Shown: one piece after another, positions 57,582 to 64,000 of the stretch
Position numbering within the stretch: the stretch's first letter is position 1
Layout of the letters: each line of letters begins with the position of its first letter
From: Chthonomonadales bacterium
GTDB taxonomy: Bacteria; Armatimonadota; Chthonomonadetes; Chthonomonadales; CAJBBX01
Assembly: GCA_037443035.1 (NCBI GenBank)
Contig: JBBIPC010000001.1
Span: 64,001 to 128,000 of the forward strand
Direction of reading: 5' to 3'
DNA length: 64,000 bases
Program-made: the position numbers and the translations under genes
Notes under the pieces: model-generated
What the model was told of the DNA's origin: nothing
Database searches by the model: none
What the model saw: the letters and a program-made list of their open reading frames with translations, nothing else

Positions 57582-57733
57582 GGCCATAGTATACCACGGT
57601 GCACGTCCGTTTCATGCAGCTTGGCAGGAAGGCGTCAGCACGGAAGCAGAACGGCGCGGTCATGGATGGAGCGACAGGACTGGGGCGAGTACCGCCGAAT
57701 GAAGCAGTGCACGAAAAGTGAGGAGGAATGGAC

Positions 57734-58735
57734 ATGGCGAGGATACTGGTGACAATGTCCGACGACTCTTACAGGAAGGTCATTGGCGACGAGCTGGAGT
57801 GTCGGCTTCGTCAGCTCGGTGATCTCGATCTCGTCCTGGATGCAGGAAGGCTCTCCAACGACGATTACGCCCGTCATTGGCAGGACGCGGAGTACGCTCT
57901 TACCGGCTGGGGTGTCAGACCTCCGGACGCCGCGTGGTTCGATCAGCGCACCAAGCTGAGAGCCATATGTCACGCTGCGGGTTCGGTGAGGATGTTCCCG
58001 CGCCGGTTGCTGCAAGAGGGCATCGTTATCACCAGTGCGCGTGCCGCCATCGCGCGGACGGTGGCTGAATTCTGCCTCGCAGCCGTGCTTACCCTGCTGC
58101 GACACATGGCATGCTACGATGCGCGAACCGCAAAGACGATATCGAGCCTGGCAGGTTCGGCGAAGCCACGTACCGAGACACTCTTCGGGAAAACGGTCCT
58201 CCTAGTCGGGCTGGGGCATGTGGGCCGGCACTTCCTCGACCTGCTACAACCATTCAAGGTGCGGGTTCTAGTGGCGGACCCTTACTTGCGTGAGGACGAC
58301 GCAGCGCGGCTCGGTGTCACGCTGGTCACCCTGGACGAAGGCATTCCACAGGCCGACGTGATATCCTTGCATGCGCCCGATATTCCAGAAACGCATGGGT
58401 TGGTGGGACCCAAGCAGATAGCGAAGATACGTGAAGGAGCGATCTTCGTCAATACAGCTCGTGGCAGGCTCGTTGACACGGCTGCGCTCACAGAGGCGCT
58501 TGCAGCGTGCAGGTTCAGTGCCGCCCTCGACGTAACTGATCCTGAGCCGCTTCCGGAGACCCATCCTCTTCGTCGCATGCCGAATGTGCTCCTAACTCCG
58601 CATGTGGCCGGGCCGACGACCGACGAACTCCCGAGCCTGGGGTCCATGGCCGTTGCAGATCTCGAACGACTTCTCAAGGGGCAGAAGCCCGAACATGCCA
58701 TAGACCTCGAAGCCTACGATCGGATGAGCTTCTGA
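57734..58735 (+). CDS. D-isomer-specific 2-hydroxyacid dehydrogenase family protein
   Basis: HAAGSV, VGLGHVG, NTARG, ALDVTDPEP, TPHVAG; alternative start 57728. Confidence 0.92.
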   Translation: MARILVTMSDDSYRKVIGDELECRLRQLGDLDLVLDAGRLSNDDYARHWQDAEYALTGWGVRPPDAAWFDQRTKLRAICHAAGSVRMFPRRLLQEGIVITSARAAIARTVAEFCLAAVLTLLRHMACYDARTAKTISSLAGSAKPRTETLFGKTVLLVGLGHVGRHFLDLLQPFKVRVLVADPYLREDDAARLGVTLVTLDEGIPQADVISLHAPDIPETHGLVGPKQIAKIREGAIFVNTARGRLVDTAALTEALAACRFSAALDVTDPEPLPETHPLRRMPNVLLTPHVAGPTTDELPSLGSMAVADLERLLKGQKPEHAIDLEAYDRMSF

Positions 58736-58737
58736 GT

Positions 58738-58764
58738 GGAACCCGAATTGCCTGCAACTCGTCT
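58738..58764 (+). promoter_or_regulatory. ECF-sigma autoregulatory promoter
   Basis: GGAACC-16nt-CGTCT, 60 nt upstream of the ECF sigma gene. Confidence 0.7.
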
Positions 58765-58824
58765 GCCAAGAGGCCCGGACGCTCTGCTTCGGGTGCGCGA
58801 TGTGTTGCTAAGGGACGCACAGCC

Positions 58825-59400
58825 GTGACTTTCGAGCTAACCGCACACACCCGGAGTGCGGACTACGAAGACCGCCTCGCGATCGAGGCACGCGACGGCA
58901 ACCAGGCGGCGTTCGACGAGCTCGTCAGGCGGTACGAGGCTCGTCTGTATCGATTCGCGTACCGGATGTTGCAGCACCCCTGCGATGCGGAGGACGTTCT
59001 GCAGGCTACCTTCCTCCGAGCCTACAGGGCGCTGGAGGCATACAAGCCGGGTGGCTTCTTCGCCAGTTGGCTGTACCGGATAGCTCTCAACGAATGTCGG
59101 CGGAAGATACGAGGCCGAAAAGCGTCACTGCCAGGCGGTGTGGAGCTGGCGCAGCAAGTGCCAGCCGGCCCGGCCACTGATCCGGAGGCTCTGGCGCTCA
59201 GACAGGACCGTAACCGACATATCCGCGGCGCGGTTATGTCATTGCCAGAGCACTACCGGGATGCGATTCTGCTGTTCTACTTCGAGGAGCTGTCCGTAGA
59301 GGAAGTTGCACGCACGATGGGAATAACGGTGACTGCAGCCAAGGTGAGACTCCACAGGGCCAGGGCGAAGCTCCTTGCAGCGCTGGATGGATATGTATGA
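58825..59400 (+). CDS. ECF family sigma-70 factor
   Basis: AFDELVRRY, DAEDVLQATF, SWLYRIA.N, LPEHYR, EEVARTMG..V..KVRLHRAR. Confidence 0.95.
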   Translation: MTFELTAHTRSADYEDRLAIEARDGNQAAFDELVRRYEARLYRFAYRMLQHPCDAEDVLQATFLRAYRALEAYKPGGFFASWLYRIALNECRRKIRGRKASLPGGVELAQQVPAGPATDPEALALRQDRNRHIRGAVMSLPEHYRDAILLFYFEELSVEEVARTMGITVTAAKVRLHRARAKLLAALDGYV

Positions 59401-59858
59401 CCGCACCGCTTTGGCTCCGCAAGCGATCCTGCCGACGTGTGCGCCGCCAGATAGACGATTGGTTGGACCAACGATCGGTTGCGCAACTGCCTGACGTCGT
59501 GGGTGAGCACATGCGCACGTGCGAGCCGTGCAGACGGTACGTGGCACAGTGGCACGCACTCGAACTGCAGCTACGCTCCTTGCGCTCGGTGTGGCCGCCG
59601 GAGTCGGCACTCCACACGCTTCCGGTCACCGTCTTGGAGGGCGATCGTATCCCGTCTCCCGAGAGGCGGACGGTGCGGCTGGTCCTGCAAGGTGCGGCAG
59701 TGCTCGCGGTAGCTGTCCTCGTGAGCGCAACTCTGTACTTGGCCATCGTCGGTCGTGCACCACAGATGCTGGCACGCGGATCGTCCCAGATGATGTCGCC
59801 CGCTGCTCAACCGGGACAGGCCATGAGCCCTGACCTGCCGGTGGCTGCGACCCGTTAG
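59397..59858 (+). CDS. Zinc-binding (HxxxCxxC) transmembrane anti-sigma factor
   Basis: HMRTCEPC; one TM segment; ATGA overlap with the sigma gene. Confidence 0.8.
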   Translation: MTAPLWLRKRSCRRVRRQIDDWLDQRSVAQLPDVVGEHMRTCEPCRRYVAQWHALELQLRSLRSVWPPESALHTLPVTVLEGDRIPSPERRTVRLVLQGAAVLAVAVLVSATLYLAIVGRAPQMLARGSSQMMSPAAQPGQAMSPDLPVAATR

Positions 59859-59887
59859 CTCCCCGTCGCCTTTGCGGTGGCATCTGC

Positions 59888-61180
59888 TCAGAAGGCGGTG
59901 GTGCTGGAGAACGCGAACTCATCAACCTTCATGGGTGGGACGTAGGCTGCGCCGTAGCCGCGAACCGCCTCGGGCTGGCCCAGCGCGACAATCCGCTCGA
60001 ACATGCGGAGCGGGCTTTCGTTGAACCTGAGGTTCTTGACACCAGACACGACCCTGCCATCCTCAATAAGGAAAAGCCCGTCACGAGTCATGCCTGTAAG
60101 GAGAAGCTTCATCGGATCCACGAAGCGGATATACCAGAAACGTGTGACGAGGAGTCCCCGCTCGGTGGACTGGATCATGTCGTCGACGGTTGCATCCGTG
60201 CCATCTAGGATGATGTTCGTCGGCGAGCCGGTGTAGGGGCGTTTCATCTTTGCGGCCCAATAGCGGCTGTGTGCCAGGTTCTCGAGTACACCGGACCGCA
60301 CCCAGTGCACCGTTGGCGAAGGCATCCCGTCGGCGGCAAAAGGAGATCCTGGGCAGACAGGATGATCCGGCACGCTGGCGATCGTAAGTTCGGATACTCC
60401 TAACTTGCTTCCAAGCTTGCCGGTGAAGGCACTACGCCCTTCGTCAGCGGCTTTGGCATCTAGAGACCAAGCCTCGAACGCGAGTAGTTCTGCGGCCGCC
60501 GCAGGTTCCAGAATAACCGTGTACGGTTTGGCCTCGATGGACTTCGGCTTGCGGCCTGCCGCGGCCTTCTCAGCGGCTCGTTCCGCTGTGGCAACGACCT
60601 GGACGTTGTCCAGACGGTGAGATCCTGAGGACGCCCATCCGGAGCTATCCTCGGCGATTGCCGTGCAGACGAGGCGAATCCCCGTCTCGCGATGGAACGC
60701 GAAATGCCCGCGGCTGTTCAAGACAGCGGTCACACTGCTCTCCGACGCCAAGCTGCCCGCGGCCGTCAGACCACGGCTTCGTATGGTACCGATGACATCG
60801 CGCACGGCATCTGCTCGCTGCGACGGCCCGAACGCGGCCACGGCGTCGTCCCATGCGCAGACAGGGGGGACCAGGGTCGGCTCGACGGGCGGCATATACT
60901 CGGTGTCAGGTTCTGCCTGCTTGGCTATTTCTTCCGCCCGTCGGACAGCCTCCACCATAGTCTCGCCAGTGAGGCGGTTCGTCCGGGCGGTTCCCACGCG
61001 ATTGCCATATGCCACATGGATGGTCAGGCTGGCGTCGGACCGCGCCACTGCCTGGGTGATGGCATTGTTCGCGAATCGTGTGGAACCTTCGTCGCTCGCC
61101 CGTAGCAAGAGTACCGCCTCGTCAGCCTGGCAAGCGCTCAGCGCCTCCTGGAGGATGGTTCGGGCGTCAGATTCGGTCAT
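59888..61180 (-). CDS. TldD/PmbA family protein (TldE/PmbA-like)
   Basis: TRFANN.ITQ, YTVILEP.A, GLLVTRFWY, LTGMTRDG.FLIE.G, NLRFNESP. Confidence 0.9.
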   Translation of the reverse strand: MTESDARTILQEALSACQADEAVLLLRASDEGSTRFANNAITQAVARSDASLTIHVAYGNRVGTARTNRLTGETMVEAVRRAEEIAKQAEPDTEYMPPVEPTLVPPVCAWDDAVAAFGPSQRADAVRDVIGTIRSRGLTAAGSLASESSVTAVLNSRGHFAFHRETGIRLVCTAIAEDSSGWASSGSHRLDNVQVVATAERAAEKAAAGRKPKSIEAKPYTVILEPAAAAELLAFEAWSLDAKAADEGRSAFTGKLGSKLGVSELTIASVPDHPVCPGSPFAADGMPSPTVHWVRSGVLENLAHSRYWAAKMKRPYTGSPTNIILDGTDATVDDMIQSTERGLLVTRFWYIRFVDPMKLLLTGMTRDGLFLIEDGRVVSGVKNLRFNESPLRMFERIVALGQPEAVRGYGAAYVPPMKVDEFAFSSTTAF

Positions 61181-61203
61181 GATAGGACGTTCCTTTCGCA
61201 AGG

Positions 61204-62031
61204 CTAAGTGCCGAAGTCAAACTCATCGTTGAGCCGCACTGTCAGAAAGCTTATCCCGGACAGTAGGCTTAGCGCAGCAAGCCACATCAGTCCAACCCGG
61301 CCGTTGTCCGAGACGTGCAGTCCCACGTAGAGCCACAAGAACCCGATGACGGACCACACCATCATGCTCCCGAACGTCAGCAACCAAAACAAGAACTTGC
61401 AAAAGTAATGGCGCAGGAATATCATGACGCCCGGTGCGCAGACGACAACGCCCGTCCAGAAGTAGTCAGCCCACGTTACGCCCGGGTGTGCCGGATCGGC
61501 TTTGATAAGGAACCGCCCACAGTAGACCGCGGATGCTCCCAGCGCAATCCAGGCCAATCCGAGCACGTCGAATCCCCAGGAGCGACGGAGGGGGGTGAGG
61601 TCGGGTGGTGGACCAGTTAGCACAGGGAGCGGCTGGTGACACTTCCGACATTCGACGGCGCCTTCATCGTTCTGAATCCCGCAGGTCCTACAGTACGTCA
61701 TCCGGAAGACGGGCTCCGGGGCACTAGCATCCGATAACGCTGACGGTGCCTCCGGGGGCTTGGGCGTCTGGGCAGTCGCCGGCATGGCCGAGAAGTCCGG
61801 TACTTCGACCACTTCTCCGGTGAGTGTCGTCTTCAGGACGGTTGGAGGGTTCGGTGCGATCGGCGTGGTCGGGGAGGGTTGCGTGCTGGCAAAGTCAATG
61901 AGCTGCTCGTCAGACGTGGGTTCATCGAGGCCATGGCCGCAACGCCAGCAGACCGTCTCGCCCTCGAGGCATTCGGCCCCGCAGGTCTGGCAAACACGCC
62001 GCGCTATACTCATCTGCTTCTGACGCACCAT
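61204..62031 (-). CDS. Double zinc-ribbon, Pro-rich, 4-TM membrane protein
   Basis: CQTCG...CWRCG and CRTCG...CRKCH; C-terminal hydrophobic helices. Confidence 0.7.
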   Translation of the reverse strand: MVRQKQMSIARRVCQTCGAECLEGETVCWRCGHGLDEPTSDEQLIDFASTQPSPTTPIAPNPPTVLKTTLTGEVVEVPDFSAMPATAQTPKPPEAPSALSDASAPEPVFRMTYCRTCGIQNDEGAVECRKCHQPLPVLTGPPPDLTPLRRSWGFDVLGLAWIALGASAVYCGRFLIKADPAHPGVTWADYFWTGVVVCAPGVMIFLRHYFCKFLFWLLTFGSMMVWSVIGFLWLYVGLHVSDNGRVGLMWLAALSLLSGISFLTVRLNDEFDFGT

Positions 62032-62032
62032 T

Positions 62033-62752
62033 TCAGTGTAGCCGCACGAATGGCTTCATCGCAGCGAGCTTCTTCTCACCAATGCCGCTTACTTCCGTCA
62101 ACTCGTCAACCGAGCGAAATCCGCCCTTTTCTGAGCGGTACGCGAGGATTCTGGCGGCGATAGCCGGACCCACTCCTGGCAACCGCTGGAGCTCCTCGAG
62201 CGATGCCGTGTTGACGTTGACTGTTCCCTCGCCGGGTGAGCGGAGTTTGTCGGGAGCGCGCTGGCCATGTCGTCGAGAAGAGGAAACGTGCTTCTGGTCC
62301 GAGGTGCTGCGAACTGCCGGTGCTGGCGACTGACGGACCTCCTTCTCGGGGACGATTACCTGGTCGGCGTCCGATAGGAGTGCTGCCGGGTTTACTCCCA
62401 GGGGATCCGCACCCTCGGCAGGACCTCCAGCGGCACGGAGCGCGGCTTCTACGCGGCTACCCTTGGGTAGGTAGTACACCCCTGGCTTCTTGACTGCACC
62501 GGCAACGTGCACAGCAATCTGTTCGGTTGTCACGGAAACAGGGTTCCCGCCGGTGGAAAGTGCCCCGCCAGTGCCGCGGGATGGTTGCACCACTAGAGCA
62601 TCCTTGGGGATCTGGTTCTGACGGTAGGCGTACACGAACGCACCTACAAACAGCAGTACGGCCAACAGGAGCGACGCCCAGCTCTGCGGATCGCTTGCAG
62701 GCATTAGCTTGCGTTGCACGCGTTCCTCATCGGGCTTTGGCTGGCCAGTCAT
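62033..62752 (-). CDS. comEA: Competence DNA receptor (SLBB + HhH)
   Basis: TM; VHVAGAVKKPGVY; VNVNTAS.EELQRLPGVGPAIA; GIGEK. Confidence 0.93.
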   Translation of the reverse strand: MTGQPKPDEERVQRKLMPASDPQSWASLLLAVLLFVGAFVYAYRQNQIPKDALVVQPSRGTGGALSTGGNPVSVTTEQIAVHVAGAVKKPGVYYLPKGSRVEAALRAAGGPAEGADPLGVNPAALLSDADQVIVPEKEVRQSPAPAVRSTSDQKHVSSSRRHGQRAPDKLRSPGEGTVNVNTASLEELQRLPGVGPAIAARILAYRSEKGGFRSVDELTEVSGIGEKKLAAMKPFVRLH

Positions 62753-62759
62753 GTCAGGG

Positions 62760-64000
62760 TCAGAAGTCAGCGTTCCCCGGCGTTCTTGGGAACGGTATCA
62801 CATCCCGGATGTTCTTCATACCGGTAACATACATCAAGAATCGCTCGAGCCCCAACCCGAAGCCAGCATGCGGCGCGGATCCGTATTTCCGAAGCTCGAG
62901 GTACCACCAGTAGGGTTCTGGGTCGAGACCACATTCCTTGATACGTTCGAGCAGCACGTCATAGCGCTCCTCTCGCTGACTGCCACCGATGATCTCGCCG
63001 ATGCGCGGTACGAGGACATCCATGGCGCGGACGGTGCGGCCATCCTCATTCAGCCGCATGTAGAACGCCTTGATTTCTCTGGGATAGTCCGTCACAATGA
63101 TAGGCCGCTTGACTGCTTCTTCCGTCAGGTAGCGTTCGTGCTCGGCTTGCAGGTCGCATCCCCATCCGACCGGGTACTCCCAGTCGCGGCCGGCCTGCTC
63201 GAGTAGCCGCACTGCCTCCGTGTAGGTGATATGCTCGAAGGGCGACTCCGCGACATGCTCGAGTGTTTCCAGAACAGTTGGCTCGATCCGCTTGTTGAAG
63301 AAGGCTAGGTCGTCAGCGCGCTCTTGCAGCACCGTCTTGATGAGGTACTTCAGAAAGGCCTCTGCCAGCTTCATGTCGCCGGCAAGGTCGCAAAAAGCCA
63401 TCTCCGGCTCGACCATCCAGAACTCGGCGAGGTGGCGAGGTGTGTTGGAGTTCTCTGCGCGGAACGTTGGTCCGAACGTATAGACGTTGGCGAATCCGAG
63501 TGCGAAGATCTCGGCCTCGAGCTGGCCACTGACCGACAAGTAAGCGCGCTTGCCGAAGAAGTCCTGCGCGAAGTCCACGTGGCCATCCGGCGTCCGGGGC
63601 AAAGCCAGAAGGTCGAGTGTCGTCACTCCAAAGAGCGCCCCAGCCCCTTCGCAGTCCGATGCCGTGATGATGGGCGTGTGTACATAGAGAAAGCCGTGCT
63701 CCTGGAAGAAGCGGTGGATGGAGTAGGCGACGGTGTTGCGGGTGCGGAAGACCGCCCCGAACGTGTTGGAGCGCACGCGGAGATGGGCGATCTCCCGCAG
63801 GAACTCCATTGTATGCCCCTTCTTCTGAAGAGGATACGTGGCAGGGTCTGCTACACCGTGGACCATGGCCTCGTGCGCGACGAGCTCTACGGGCTGCCCA
63901 CTACCAGGGGATTCCACGAGGGAGCCCTCGAACTCGACGCAGGCGCCGGTGGTGATATCCTGAAGAACGGCCGGCGGGATACCACTATCGTCCGTGATCA
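62760..64000 (-). CDS. asnS: Asparagine--tRNA ligase (N-terminus lies beyond the window edge)
   Basis: [54 protein letters not shown]; frame stays open to the window end. Confidence 0.96.
   Translation of the reverse strand, partial: ITDDSGIPPAVLQDITTGACVEFEGSLVESPGSGQPVELVAHEAMVHGVADPATYPLQKKGHTMEFLREIAHLRVRSNTFGAVFRTRNTVAYSIHRFFQEHGFLYVHTPIITASDCEGAGALFGVTTLDLLALPRTPDGHVDFAQDFFGKRAYLSVSGQLEAEIFALGFANVYTFGPTFRAENSNTPRHLAEFWMVEPEMAFCDLAGDMKLAEAFLKYLIKTVLQERADDLAFFNKRIEPTVLETLEHVAESPFEHITYTEAVRLLEQAGRDWEYPVGWGCDLQAEHERYLTEEAVKRPIIVTDYPREIKAFYMRLNEDGRTVRAMDVLVPRIGEIIGGSQREERYDVLLERIKECGLDPEPYWWYLELRKYGSAPHAGFGLGLERFLMYVTGMKNIRDVIPFPRTPGNADF

Noticed and set aside
57335..57589. 84-aa plus-strand ORF in the nifJ intergenic region
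   Set aside because: No SD, no recognisable motif, and it overlaps RNA structure better explained on the minus strand
1..64000. CRISPR arrays, IS/integrase/prophage genes, tRNA/rRNA, REP family
   Set aside because: None seen; intergenic hairpins share no common sequence and no transposase, integrase or Cas motifs were found

Overview
This is a GC-rich, densely coding bacterial chromosome segment with 50 CDS. I found no rRNA, tRNA, CRISPR array or mobile element. Two prepilin-type DUF1559/H-X9-DG genes, a GntR-LacI hybrid regulator and many secreted glycan-active proteins suggest Armatimonadota; this is an inference, and a PVC-group origin is not excluded. Recognisable genes are aroQ, an Xaa-Pro peptidase, queF, queD, a three-part pntAB, lon with hsp20, a GH38 mannosidase with a ManD/RspA dehydratase, a divergent membrane pyrophosphatase, acs, rseP, dxr, nifJ with a DHOD-like flavoprotein, an ECF sigma/anti-sigma pair, comEA and a 5'-truncated asnS. 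The most interesting candidates are five. (1) An acetate/short-chain-acid gene run (OFA antiporter, acs, porin) ends in a CoA-transferase::Pat-like GNAT fusion and is preceded by a switch-like 5' leader. (2) A ~10 kb region has two pilin-like DUF1559 cassettes flanking a PilG/H/I-like ABC operon. (3) A structured ~190-nt RNA with its own terminator lies upstream of nifJ. (4) An AspT-type antiporter is coupled to a fold-III PLP enzyme. (5) RseP carries a ~95-aa insertion. All calls come from reading motifs by eye; no database search or folding program was run.
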